Notes: generated from the sequence alone by a model not told the origin. DNA of 64,000 nucleotides from Bacilli bacterium (GCA_050953065.1 JBMNLZ010000001.1:1-64000); one strand, 5' to 3'; positions 1 to 9,456 are shown, counted from the stretch's first letter. A program made the numbers and translations.

Positions 1-193
1 AGAGCATCCCCCCTCCCCTGTCTCGAACCCATAACGAGACACACATATCAACCCCACCCCACCCGCGCTTCGCGCTCCTCCCCCGCCCCTGAGGGGCGGG
101 GGCAGTCATGGGGATATCCGGTGGAAAGCCGTGTACCGGGGTGCCCCATGAGTGCGACTATTGAGAGCCAACAGGCAGGGTTTCAACAAAACC
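1..193. repeat. End of a non-coding MITE-like/intergenic repeat element, possibly cut by the window edge
   Basis: Perfect palindrome CCCCCGCCCCT-G-AGGGGCGGGGG at 80-102; the element ends TTTCAACAAAACC (181-193), whose reverse complement GGTTTTGTTGAAA resembles the IS903/IS5-group terminal repeat GGCTTTGTTGAA; no credible ORF. Confidence 0.4.
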
Positions 194-266
194 AAATAAA
201 CTCAATAAAAGAGAAGGTGACGGAGATCTTACCCGCCGTCCAAAAACGGGGTGAGGAGTGAGACCT

Positions 267-1259
267 TCACCGGATCTCGACGCCCTCGAGCCTGACACCT
301 GCTTCCTTCGTCACCTCGCCGACCACCCGGGCGCTGGGGATGATCGACCGGATGGCGGCCACGCTCTCCTCCGGAGCGACGAAGGCATAGCCCATGCCCA
401 TGTTGAAGGTGCGGTACATCTCGACGTCGCCGATGCTTCCCTTCTCCTGCAGCCACCGGAAGATGGCGGGGACCTCCAGGGGGGCGGTGATCGAGAATCC
501 GTAGTCGGAGAGCCTCCGGAAGTTTAAGAGGCCGCCGCCGGTGATGTGGCACATCCCATGCACGGTGCAGGCCTCCGTCACCCGGAGCACCTCGTGGTAG
601 ATCCGGGTGGGCGTCAGGAGTTCTTCGCCGAGGGTCTTCCCATTTGAGAGACGCGTATCATACGAGGCGTACTCCTCGACGATCCTCCGGGCAAGCGTGA
701 GGCCGTTGCTGTGGATGCCGCTCGAGGGGACGCCGACGATCAGGTCGCCGGGGACGATCCCCTCCCCGGTGACGATCTTCTCCTTCTTCTGGACACCAAG
801 ACAGGTCCCCGCAAGGTCGAGGCCGTTCACGAGGCCGCGGAGCGTCGCGGTCTCGCCGCCAACGATGTTCATATTCGCAAGCCTGGCCCCTTCGTTCAAT
901 CCCCGGCCGATCTGCTCCATCTTCTCGATCGAGAGGGCGTCGGTCGCGATGTAATCGACGAACGCCACGGGTTCGAGGTTCATCACGTAGAGGTCGTTGA
1001 CGTTCATCGCGATGCAGTCGATCCCGACGGTCTGCCAGTTGCGGAGCGCGTCTGCGACAAGCATCTTGGTCCCGACGCCGTCGACCGCAAGCGCGAGGGC
1101 ATACGGCCCGCAGTCGATGAGCCCGGCGAAGTGCCCGACCGCCCCCATCATCGGGAACGAGCCGGTTCTCTGGTAGGTAAGGTTGTCAATCAGCGCCCGC
1201 ACCGCCCGGGCCTCGAGGTCGATGTCGACCCCTGCTTCACGGTAAGTATGTTCAGTCAT
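267..1259 (-). CDS. purM: Phosphoribosylformylglycinamidine cyclo-ligase (AIR synthetase)
   Basis: YREAGVDID N-terminus, DGVGTK, DCIAMNVND, GGETA, SSGIHSNG, HITGGG, EMYRTFNMG motifs; start moved to MTEHTY, overlapping the upstream stop. Confidence 0.96.
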   Translation of the reverse strand: MTEHTYREAGVDIDLEARAVRALIDNLTYQRTGSFPMMGAVGHFAGLIDCGPYALALAVDGVGTKMLVADALRNWQTVGIDCIAMNVNDLYVMNLEPVAFVDYIATDALSIEKMEQIGRGLNEGARLANMNIVGGETATLRGLVNGLDLAGTCLGVQKKEKIVTGEGIVPGDLIVGVPSSGIHSNGLTLARRIVEEYASYDTRLSNGKTLGEELLTPTRIYHEVLRVTEACTVHGMCHITGGGLLNFRRLSDYGFSITAPLEVPAIFRWLQEKGSIGDVEMYRTFNMGMGYAFVAPEESVAAIRSIIPSARVVGEVTKEAGVRLEGVEIR

Positions 1260-2652
1260 CAGAGTTCTCCGAGAGGCGGAATTCATCGTGCAGCACCTGC
1301 AGGGCACGCTTGCCATCCCCTCCCTTCACAACAAACGAGACGTTCACCTCGCTTGAGCCCTGCGAGATCATCATGACGTTGATCCCGGCCTGGCCGAGCG
1401 CCGAGAAGATCCTGCCCCCCGTTCCGGGGGTTCCGGCCATCCCGGCGCCCACGACAGCGACCGCGGCGACGTCCCGGTCGTAGGTGATCTCGCGCACAGT
1501 GCCCTGCTTCACGATCGGGGTGAGCGCGCACATGGCGGCATCCAGGTGAGACTCGTCGATGATGACCGAGATGTTTGCTTCAGAGGAGCCCTGCGAGATC
1601 ATCATGACGTTCACCTCCCGGAGAGCGAGCGCCTCAAAGATCATCCGTGCGACGCCGGGGCGGCCGATCATCTGCGCACCGTTGATGTTGACCAGGGCCA
1701 CCTTCTCGATCAGGGCGATGGCCTTGACCACCCGCTTCTCCAGATGCTCTTTGCGGAGGATGAGTGTCCCGGGGCACTCGGGCCTGAAGGTGTTCCTGAC
1801 CCGGATCGGGATATCCTTCTGCATCGCGGGTTCGACCGAGCGCGGGTGGAGCACCTTGGCGCCGAAGTAGGAGAGTTCCATCACCTCGAGGTAGGAGATG
1901 TCGTCGAGCACCCGGGCGTCTTTGATGATCCGGGGGTCTGATGTCATCACCCCGTCGACGTCGGTCCAGATCCAGATCTCGTCGGCATCGATACCGGCGC
2001 CGATGATGGCGGCCGAGTAGTCGGAACCGCTCCGCCCGAGCGTGGTGGTCACGCCCTGCTCGGTCGCTCCCATGAAACCCATGATCACCGGGACGGAGTC
2101 GGCGAGCAGCGGCACGACCCGGCTCCTGATGCTCGACTCGCTCGCCGGGAGGGCGCGGGCGTCCCCGTGGTTCGCCGTCGTGATGATCCCGGCCTCGGCG
2201 CCGTCGAGGACGACCGAGGGGATACCGCGCTGGCGGAGAGCGGCGCTCACGATCGGGGCCGAGAGCCGTTCCCCGAAGGATATGATGTAGTCGCGGGACC
2301 GGGGAGTCAGTTCCTTTAAGGTGTATACGGCGGCGAGGATGTTCTGCAGCCGGCCGAGCCGGTCTTCGATGACCGCCGTCACCTCGTCGACGTAGTCGGG
2401 GGCGACCTCGGCAAGGAGCCGGGTGTGCCGGGTCCGCATCGCCTGGAGGAATGTCCCGACCGGGGGCTGTTTCTTGCTCACTGCGACCTCATCGGCCATC
2501 GCGATGATCTGGTCGGTAACTCCGGAGCACGCCGATACAACCAGCGCAACCTCGTCACCCGCTGCATGGTGTGGTTCTATGATATCTGCAACCCGTTGGA
2601 TACAGTCTGCTTCCCCAACGGATGTGCCGCCAAATTTCATTAAAAGCCTCAT
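1252..2652 (-). CDS. lysC: Aspartate kinase with two C-terminal ACT domains
   Basis: MKFGGTSVG, TTLGRSGSDYSA, WTDVDGVMTSDPR, ELSYFGAKVLHP; two MISQGSSE ACT repeats. Confidence 0.95.
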   Translation of the reverse strand: MRLLMKFGGTSVGEADCIQRVADIIEPHHAAGDEVALVVSACSGVTDQIIAMADEVAVSKKQPPVGTFLQAMRTRHTRLLAEVAPDYVDEVTAVIEDRLGRLQNILAAVYTLKELTPRSRDYIISFGERLSAPIVSAALRQRGIPSVVLDGAEAGIITTANHGDARALPASESSIRSRVVPLLADSVPVIMGFMGATEQGVTTTLGRSGSDYSAAIIGAGIDADEIWIWTDVDGVMTSDPRIIKDARVLDDISYLEVMELSYFGAKVLHPRSVEPAMQKDIPIRVRNTFRPECPGTLILRKEHLEKRVVKAIALIEKVALVNINGAQMIGRPGVARMIFEALALREVNVMMISQGSSEANISVIIDESHLDAAMCALTPIVKQGTVREITYDRDVAAVAVVGAGMAGTPGTGGRIFSALGQAGINVMMISQGSSEVNVSFVVKGGDGKRALQVLHDEFRLSENSDD

Positions 2653-2712
2653 TCTGGCTCACTCGTCCCCTGCAATTACTTTATGGTATTATACAACGCA
2701 CTGACTAATAAG

Positions 2713-4347
2713 ATGCTTGTAGACGAGATTGTGGACGCTCACGTGCTGGTTATCGGGAGCGGCGGCGCCGGGGTGCGGGCCGCCATCGAGGCTTCCCGGT
2801 ATGGCAGCGTGGTCCTGGCCTCCAAGACCATCGCCGGCAAAGGAGGGTGTACGACGATGGCAGAAGGCGGCTTCAACGCCGTTTTGCGGGACCTGGACTC
2901 TATCGAGGTCCATCGCGAAGATACGCTCTCCGGTGGAGCGTACCTGAACGACCCGGCCCTGGTGGACGTGCTGGTCCGCGAGGCGCCGGAGCGCCTGAGA
3001 GATCTCGTCCGGTGGGGTGCGGTCTTTGACGTCACCGATGACCGACAGGTGGCGCAGCGGCCGTTCGGCGGGCAGCGGTTCCCGAGGACCTGCTACGCCG
3101 GAGACCGGACCGGCCACGAGATAATGATGACCCTCCTCGACCGCCTTGATGCGACCGATACGCAACTCTACAACGAGGTTACGGTCGTCGACCTCGTCAA
3201 GGATGAGAACGGTGCAGTCGCCGGTGCGATCGCCCTGGACCGGGAAGGGGAGGTCATCCTCTTCCGGTCGGACGCCACGGTGCTTGCGACCGGCGGAGGG
3301 ACACAGATCTATGATATCTCCACGAACTCCGCAGCCGGGACCGGCGACGGGTTTGCCATGGCCTACCGGGCCGGGGCGGAACTGATCGATATGGAGATGG
3401 TCCAGTTCCACCCCACGGGTGCGGTCTACCCCTACGACGCCCGCGGCCGGCTGGTGACCGAGGCGGTCCGGGGGGAGGGAGGGCTCCTCTTAAACGCGCG
3501 ACGGGAACGGTTCATGAAGCGCTACGACCCCGACCGGATGGAACTCTCCACCCGGGACGTTGTGGCCCGGGCGATCGCGACCGAGGTGCTGGAGGGGCGG
3601 GGGACGAAGCGCGGCGGGGTCTACCTGGACGTGACGCACCTCCCCGCGGAGCGGATCGAGACCCGGCTCCCGGTGATGCTCGAACAGTTCCTCGCCTTCG
3701 GCGTGGATATCAGGAAGGAGCCAATGGAGGTGGCGCCCACCGCTCATCACATCATGGGCGGCCTCCGGATCACGCCAGAGTGCCGGACGACCGTTCCGGC
3801 CCTCTTCGCCTGCGGCGAGGTGGCCGGCGGAGTGCACGGCGCGAACCGTCTCGGCGGGAACGCGCTTGCCGATACGCAGGTCTTCGGGAAGCGGGCAGGG
3901 GAGTTTGCCGGGAAGTCGCCTGAACGGAGCGGCCGGGTCGATGAGGCCTGGATTGAGGCGGAACTCGGGATGCTCGACGACTTCTTCGAGGGGGCGATAA
4001 GCCCCGCTGCGGTCAGGAAGGACCTGAAACTCACGATGTGGAACCATGCCGGGATCTTCAGAAACTCGCCCGACCTTGCGACGGCGCTTACGAGCGTCAA
4101 GAGGCTCGCCGACCGCCGGCTCTTCGCAGCATCGACTGCGAACATCCCGGAGTGCTGCACGGTCAGGAACATGTGCACCACGGCATCCCTGATCATCAGG
4201 TGCGCCCTGCTGCGGCCCGAGAACCGGGGGGCTCACGTCAGGAACGATAAGGAGACCACCACCTGGGAGCCGGCAAAGTCGCCGTTCGGGCACACCTACG
4301 TCTCGCTCTCCCGGGAAGGGATCGAGCAGCGGGAGGTGGCGGCATGA
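2713..4347 (+). CDS. tfrA: Thiol:fumarate reductase (CoM/CoB-dependent) flavoprotein subunit
   Basis: GSGGAG FAD motif, QFHPTG, LVTEAVRGEGG, HHIMGG, HGANRLGGNAL; coupled (ATGA) to a CCG-domain Fe-S subunit, the methanogen tfrAB layout. Confidence 0.9.
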   Translation: MLVDEIVDAHVLVIGSGGAGVRAAIEASRYGSVVLASKTIAGKGGCTTMAEGGFNAVLRDLDSIEVHREDTLSGGAYLNDPALVDVLVREAPERLRDLVRWGAVFDVTDDRQVAQRPFGGQRFPRTCYAGDRTGHEIMMTLLDRLDATDTQLYNEVTVVDLVKDENGAVAGAIALDREGEVILFRSDATVLATGGGTQIYDISTNSAAGTGDGFAMAYRAGAELIDMEMVQFHPTGAVYPYDARGRLVTEAVRGEGGLLLNARRERFMKRYDPDRMELSTRDVVARAIATEVLEGRGTKRGGVYLDVTHLPAERIETRLPVMLEQFLAFGVDIRKEPMEVAPTAHHIMGGLRITPECRTTVPALFACGEVAGGVHGANRLGGNALADTQVFGKRAGEFAGKSPERSGRVDEAWIEAELGMLDDFFEGAISPAAVRKDLKLTMWNHAGIFRNSPDLATALTSVKRLADRRLFAASTANIPECCTVRNMCTTASLIIRCALLRPENRGAHVRNDKETTTWEPAKSPFGHTYVSLSREGIEQREVAA

Positions 4348-5807
4348 GAGAGATCACGCTCCGGGTCTCCCGCTACGACCCTGCCGAGGACGCTGAGCCC
4401 CACTTTGAGGAGTATACGGTCCGGGTCAACGAGGGCGCCCGGGTGCTCCACGCCCTCCACGCGGTCCACGACGACCACGACCCGACGCTCGCCTACCGTT
4501 ACTGCTGCGGGTCGGGGCAGTGCGGGAGCTGCGCCGTCCAGGTGGACGGGACGCCCGTCCTTGCCTGCATGGAGGAGGCCCGCGACGGTATGACGGTCGA
4601 GCCGCTGGATCTCCCGGTCTTGAAAGACCTGACTGTGGATATGGGGCCGGTGATAGCAAAGATCGCCCGGATATGCCCGGCACCGGACGCAGGGCTCCCG
4701 ACGAAGGAGGAGATCGAGGCGATCAAGCCGCTCCGGGACTGTATCGAGTGTCTCTGCTGTGTATCGGCCTGCCCAGCGCTCCAGGTGACCGAGTTCGCCG
4801 GGCCGACGGTGCTCAGGCAGGAGATGCGCCTCGCCCTCGATCCCCGGGACTCGGGGGACCGGATCGGCGATGCGATCGAGAAGGGGCTCTTCTACTGCAC
4901 GACCTGCAAGCGGTGCCTGGAGGTCTGCCCGAAGGAGATCGATGTCCCTGGGAAGGCTATTGAGAAACTCAGGGAACTTGCGAACCGGCGCGGGCTGACC
5001 CTGCCCCGCCACCAGGAGGTGGCGAAACTGGTGCAGGAGACAGGAAGAAGCGTCGAGCGGACAGTGCCGACGTTTTTAGAGCAGGTGCCGGAGGTGATCG
5101 AGCCCGACGGTCCCGTCCGCGGAGAGGTCGGGTTCTTTGTCGGGTGTATGTTCAACGGCCGGGTGCCGCAGACGGCGCTTGACGCGATGGAGGTCATGAA
5201 GCGCAACGGTATCCGGGTGATCGTCCCCCACGACCAGGTCTGCTGCGGCTCGCCGCTGATCAGGACCGGGCAGACGTCGAATGTCTCCGACCTGAAGCAG
5301 AAGAATATCAAGGCCTTCGCCGACCGCGGGATCGAGACCGTGATGACGATCTGCGCCGGGTGCGGGGCGACGCTGAAGAACGATTACGAGACGCCGTTTG
5401 CGGTGAAGGATGTCACCGAGGTCCTCACCGAGTACGGGATCGAGCCCCCGGCAAAACTCGATATCACGGCGACCTACCACGACCCCTGCCACCTCCTCAG
5501 GGGTCAGGGGATCAGCGAGGAGCCTCGGGCGCTTCTCCGCGAGGCTGTTGGGGAGTTCGTGGAGATGCCCTCACAGTGCTGCGGGGCCGGCGGCGGTGTC
5601 CGCTCGGGGGTGCCTGAGGAGGCGAAGGCGCTCGGGGCGAAGCGTGATGCGGCCGTGAAGGCGACCGGCGCTGACGTGGTGGTGACGGTCTGCCCGTTCT
5701 GCGAGTTCCATATCGCAGACTGCACGGATGTGCCCGTGAAGAACCTGGTGACGGTCCTCCTCGAGGGCTACCGGAAGAAGGATGCGGAGCAGAAGGACTC
5801 CGCGTAA
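4344..5807 (+). CDS. tfrB: Thiol:fumarate reductase Fe-S/CCG subunit
   Basis: CCGSGQCGSC 2Fe-2S motif, CIECLCCVSAC and CTTCKRCLEVC 4Fe-4S motifs, two HdrB-like CCG domains (VCCGSP, QCCGAGGG). Confidence 0.9.
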   Translation: MREITLRVSRYDPAEDAEPHFEEYTVRVNEGARVLHALHAVHDDHDPTLAYRYCCGSGQCGSCAVQVDGTPVLACMEEARDGMTVEPLDLPVLKDLTVDMGPVIAKIARICPAPDAGLPTKEEIEAIKPLRDCIECLCCVSACPALQVTEFAGPTVLRQEMRLALDPRDSGDRIGDAIEKGLFYCTTCKRCLEVCPKEIDVPGKAIEKLRELANRRGLTLPRHQEVAKLVQETGRSVERTVPTFLEQVPEVIEPDGPVRGEVGFFVGCMFNGRVPQTALDAMEVMKRNGIRVIVPHDQVCCGSPLIRTGQTSNVSDLKQKNIKAFADRGIETVMTICAGCGATLKNDYETPFAVKDVTEVLTEYGIEPPAKLDITATYHDPCHLLRGQGISEEPRALLREAVGEFVEMPSQCCGAGGGVRSGVPEEAKALGAKRDAAVKATGADVVVTVCPFCEFHIADCTDVPVKNLVTVLLEGYRKKDAEQKDSA

Positions 5808-5844
5808 ATCCATCTCTTTTATCTCTGCGGAGCTCGTCGGCGGC

Positions 5845-5885
5845 GTGAGCGGGAAGACCCCGACCTTCAGGCCGGGGTAGTTCAC
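5845..5885 (+). mobile_element. Orphan IS200/IS605-family right end (subterminal hairpin plus TTCAC)
   Basis: ACCCCGACCT-TC-AGGCCGGGGT imperfect hairpin (5857-5878) followed by AGTTCAC; typical right-end architecture; no tnpA/tnpB nearby. Confidence 0.65.
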
Positions 5886-6117
5886 GAAAATCCTAAGGCG
5901 TTACCGTCATCGCTATCTCAAATTCACGCGAAGGCCACGATGAGAAGAAGGGTTACCGACGAGGCCACACGCTACACATGCGGCAACAAGGCCGGTCACG
6001 ACTTCCGGATGGGCCGACCCCTCCTGCACCTTGAAATTGGCGCTACTTTTATGCGGCTACCATGCAAGTCTAGTATCAGGTACAGCCATTGCGTCCCCGG
6101 ATGGCCTGGGAGGAACG

Positions 6118-6537
6118 ATGAGCGAACTTGATAAAGAACGCATGGTAAAAGAGATCAGCCGGTGCCTCTCCGGCGTCGAGGACCTCCTGCTGGGTTACCT
6201 CTATGGCTCATTCCTTGTGCGAAACGATTTTAACGACATCGACATAGGGCTACTCGTTGCCGGGGAACGCACACCGTATGAACTCTTTAAGTATGCCATG
6301 AGGATCGCATCAGACCTGGAGCGATGCATTACACCAAGATGTGAGGTGGATCTCCGGGTCCTCAACACGGCACCTGTAGAGTTCCAGTACGAAGTGGTGA
6401 AAACAGGGCAGGTCGTTTTTGCCCGGGACGAGAACGTGCGGGTCGCATTCGAGGCCGATGTACTGGCGAAGTATCTCGACCTCAAGTATCTCTACGACAG
6501 GATGAACAGGGCGCTTCTTGCGCCGGTGGGACAATGA
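6118..6537 (+). CDS. Minimal nucleotidyltransferase (MntA-type antitoxin) 1
   Basis: YLYGSF..NDIDIG and VDLRVLN..P motifs; GGAGG before the ATG; ATGA overlap with the HEPN gene. Confidence 0.88.
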   Translation: MSELDKERMVKEISRCLSGVEDLLLGYLYGSFLVRNDFNDIDIGLLVAGERTPYELFKYAMRIASDLERCITPRCEVDLRVLNTAPVEFQYEVVKTGQVVFARDENVRVAFEADVLAKYLDLKYLYDRMNRALLAPVGQ

Positions 6538-6959
6538 GGGTACTCCGCCCCATGCAGGAACTGCAGGATGCGTTGCGAGACTGGGAACGGTATCAGCGCA
6601 TTCCGCGTGAGCAGTTCTTCTCCGACCGGGATACCCGGAATATGGTCTTCTACGCTATGATGCTCGGGATCCAGTCTGCAATCGATATTGCAACCGATCT
6701 GATCGCCGAGGAGCGATTCCGGAGGCCTGCGAGTTACCGTGAAACATTCGAGATCCTCGGTGAAGAGGAGATCCTCCCGGAATCGCTCGTCCCCGATCTC
6801 TCGGATCTGGCGGGATTTCGCAATGTTCTGGTTCACATTTACTGGGGTCTGGACCTCGAACAGGTCTACGCCATTCTGCACCAGGACCTCGGTGTTCTCA
6901 AAGCATTCCATAATACCATACAGGAATACCTCTGTGAACAGGGGTCTATCGACCCGTAG
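6534..6959 (+). CDS. HEPN/DUF86 RNase (HepT-type toxin) 1
   Basis: GFRNVLVHIY = RX4HXY motif; P.SYRE.FEIL; paired with MNT. Confidence 0.88.
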   Translation: MRVLRPMQELQDALRDWERYQRIPREQFFSDRDTRNMVFYAMMLGIQSAIDIATDLIAEERFRRPASYRETFEILGEEEILPESLVPDLSDLAGFRNVLVHIYWGLDLEQVYAILHQDLGVLKAFHNTIQEYLCEQGSIDP

Positions 6960-7068
6960 GCCGCCCGCATCCTCTTCGCCACCCCGGCGAGGGAGAGCAG
7001 GCTGAATGCTCTCCCATGCAAACGTTATTAGGGGACAGATGCCATCTATGGACAAGGGAGTTTTCGGG

Positions 7069-7464
7069 ATGAGAAGAGCGGAGCGGGACGTCCGGCACGC
7101 ACTTGAGCGGCTTAAGACCGTCGAGGGGTTCGAGAAGGTCCGCTTCATCATCCTCTACGGCTCCGTCGCCGAAGGGCGGGCGAGAGCAACGTCTGATGTC
7201 GATCTCGCCGTCTACTACGACGGGGACCGTGAGGAGGCCGCCCGGTTCCGATTTGCGGCGCTCTCCGAACTTGCGGACGACCGCTACGACATCCAGATCT
7301 TTTCTCACCTGCCGCTCTACGTCCGGACGGAGGTCCTCCGCGGAAAGGTTCTCTACTGCACCGACGAGCGGTTCCTCTACGACGTCGCGTACCGGACGAT
7401 CCGGGAGTTCGATGACTTCAAACACAGACTGTACGATTACATCGGGAAGGAGGCGATGACCTGA
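7069..7464 (+). CDS. Minimal nucleotidyltransferase (MntA-type antitoxin) 2
   Basis: LYGSVAEGRARATSDVD = GSX10DXD; GGAG 8 nt before ATG 7069. Confidence 0.88.
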   Translation: MRRAERDVRHALERLKTVEGFEKVRFIILYGSVAEGRARATSDVDLAVYYDGDREEAARFRFAALSELADDRYDIQIFSHLPLYVRTEVLRGKVLYCTDERFLYDVAYRTIREFDDFKHRLYDYIGKEAMT

Positions 7465-7922
7465 AGGAAGAGGTCAGGGACACGGTCATCCGCATCAAAC
7501 TCCAGGAGATGGCCGAGAGCGTCGATATGGTCAGGGAGCACCTTCCTGGTTCGGTCGAGTCGTTCGGACGGCTCGGCATCATAAAGGACGGCATCTACAA
7601 ACGCATAGAGTATGCCATCGAGAACGTCTTTGATATCTGCGCCATCGTAAATGCAGACCTTCACCTCGGCGTCCCGGGTACCGACGAGGATATCCTCGAG
7701 AACCTCGTGCAGCACGGAGTATTCGGCCCCGACATGCGGCAGAACCTGAAAGCGATGAAAGGGTTCCGGAATATCGTCGTCCACCGTTACGGAGCAATCG
7801 ACGACGCACTTGCCTTCTCGATATTGACGGAGCACATCGGGGATTTCGCTCTTTTCCGGCAGGAGGTCGAAAGATTCCTGCAGTCGTTTGAGGACGGGGC
7901 TCCACGTGAACTCCGGCAATAG
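7461..7922 (+). CDS. HEPN/DUF86 RNase (HepT-type toxin) 2; start CTG 7461 or ATG 7509
   Basis: GFRNIVVHRY = RX4HXY; frame stays open upstream to a CTG overlapping the MNT stop (CTGA), with AAGGAGG 7 nt before it. Confidence 0.85.
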   Translation: MKEEVRDTVIRIKLQEMAESVDMVREHLPGSVESFGRLGIIKDGIYKRIEYAIENVFDICAIVNADLHLGVPGTDEDILENLVQHGVFGPDMRQNLKAMKGFRNIVVHRYGAIDDALAFSILTEHIGDFALFRQEVERFLQSFEDGAPRELRQ

Positions 7923-8064
7923 TTTCTGCGCCGGATGTTCATACTCTCAAACCCGCCGCAGATGATGGTTTTGTTTGTGAGGGGGCGGCTCTCGGACAAC
8001 GAGGAGAGCGCCCGGGTGATGGTACCAGCGGCTTTAAGTACCCGGGGGCAAGCCCCAGAAACAG

Positions 8065-8240
8065 TCATTCCTGCCCCTCTCCCCGGTTCAGGAGCACCAT
8101 GCTCGTGAAGATGCCGGAGAAGACGACCTGCATCCCGGCGAGGAAGAGGGCCAGCGCCCAGACGGCGTTTGCGATCTGGAAGAGCGAGCCGAACCCGGAG
8201 GTGAACATAAATTGCCGTATTCCCGGCGACATAGATGAGT
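8065..8240 (-). pseudogene. C-terminal membrane fragment of a GT2 (DPM-synthase-like) glycosyltransferase
   Basis: Minus strand reads ..FTSGFGSLFQIANAVWALALFLAGMQVVFSGIFTSMVLLNRGEGQE*, resembling GT2 C-terminal helices; the catalytic N-terminus is absent. Confidence 0.5.
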
Positions 8241-8879
8241 TCACGGTGACCGAGGAGGCCGTGAAGGGGGGAGCGTAGCCCCCCTGACATGGAGAAGCCT
8301 TCGAGCCGCGGTGGCGTTCGTGGCGACTGCAAGAACCACGAGCGCCGGGAGGACGAGACCCGTGACCAGCCCAACAATAATGACCGCGATCCGCTCAGGC
8401 CGGGCGAAGAGCCCGGCCCGGCACGCCACCCCGAGCCCCTCGGCCCGGGCCCGGGCATAACTGACCATCAGCGACCCGATCGCGGCGGCAAATGCGGCCC
8501 CCACGCCCCAGGCCGGACCCGCACCGGTGTAGTAGATAAGCATCCCGGCGTAGACCGCAGCCTCGGCGTAGCGGTCCAGGAACGAGTCAAGGAACGCCCC
8601 GAAGACAGAGACCGCACCGCTCGCCCGGGCGAGCGCCCCGTCGAGCGCATCGAAGGCGCACGACGCCGCAACAACAATCCCGGCGAGGAAGAACGAACCT
8701 GAAGCACAAAGAATCCCGGCGACCACCATCCCGAGAAATCCGAGCACGGTGAGGGTGTTCGGGGTCACGCCCGTCTTGGCGATGAGGCCTGCCACCCGCA
8801 TGAGCGCCCCGTTCGTCCGTGCCCGGAGCCGGTCCTCGATCACCGGGGAGAGATCCACGACAGCCCCCGACCGATCCAT
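8241..8879 (-). CDS. CDP-alcohol phosphatidyltransferase family protein (archaetidylinositol-phosphate synthase-like)
   Basis: TPNTLT and DALDGALAR..G.FLDSFLDR signature, SYARARAE, RPER. Confidence 0.88.
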   Translation of the reverse strand: MDRSGAVVDLSPVIEDRLRARTNGALMRVAGLIAKTGVTPNTLTVLGFLGMVVAGILCASGSFFLAGIVVAASCAFDALDGALARASGAVSVFGAFLDSFLDRYAEAAVYAGMLIYYTGAGPAWGVGAAFAAAIGSLMVSYARARAEGLGVACRAGLFARPERIAVIIVGLVTGLVLPALVVLAVATNATAARRLLHVRGATLPPSRPPRSP

Positions 8880-8932
8880 GGCAGGAAATCTCACCTGCAG
8901 GGAGATAAGGGTGTCTCTCCCGGGGCTGAGGG

Positions 8933-8954
8933 AATGATTATAGAAATAATCATT
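8933..8954. promoter_or_regulatory. AT-rich perfect inverted repeat, putative operator
   Basis: AATGATTAT-AGAA-ATAATCATT between divergently oriented starts in GC-rich DNA. Confidence 0.45.
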
Positions 8955-8972
8955 ATGGATATAATCACTGCG

Positions 8973-9100
8973 ATGTCCTACGGCAGGGAGAACTCTGGCC
9001 TACTGAGCACCCCTACGCCCGGGCCCCCTCCTTTCTCGTCGTCACCGGCAGACGGAGAGTCGGCAAGACAGAACTGAAGAGGACCTCCGTCTTCGTGAAT
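8973..9100 (+). pseudogene. N-terminal remnant of an archaeal ATPase (ATPase_2/DUF234 type)
   Basis: MSYGRE then, after frameshifting, SFLVVTGRRRVGKTEL (9032-9076 = FLVVTGRRRVGKTEL), the family P-loop; similarity is lost afterwards. Confidence 0.7.
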
Positions 9101-9270
9101 ACCTCGCCGGGCCTGCTTTCGATCTGTTGATGCTCTGCTCCGCCGAACCTTGCACATGCCGGACGGGAGAGGCGTTTTAGATAGCGTCCGGTGATCAGGA
9201 GACAAATCTGCCGGAGAGCACCCGATACACCGGCAATGTTTTCCTGTCAGTAATATCTACCAAGAATGCC

Positions 9271-9456
9271 ATGATTGCCACAAAGCGCATCGTTGTCAAG
9301 GAAGAGGTCTGGGCTGCCCTCTCCAGTATGCGAGAGCCGGGGATGACCTTCTCTGAACTAATAGAGGAGATGATCGAGCACGAAAAGAAGCGACGTCTTG
9401 TAGAAGATATCAAGCGGATCCAGGAGACAGAAGAACTCGTGGAGATCCCGCTGTGA
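9271..9456 (+). CDS. Small VapB/RHH-like putative antitoxin
   Basis: 61 aa, TKRIVVKEEVW..L...EPGMTFSELIEEMI pattern typical of archaeal antitoxins; GTGA overlap with the next (decayed) gene. Confidence 0.7.
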   Translation: MIATKRIVVKEEVWAALSSMREPGMTFSELIEEMIEHEKKRRLVEDIKRIQETEELVEIPL

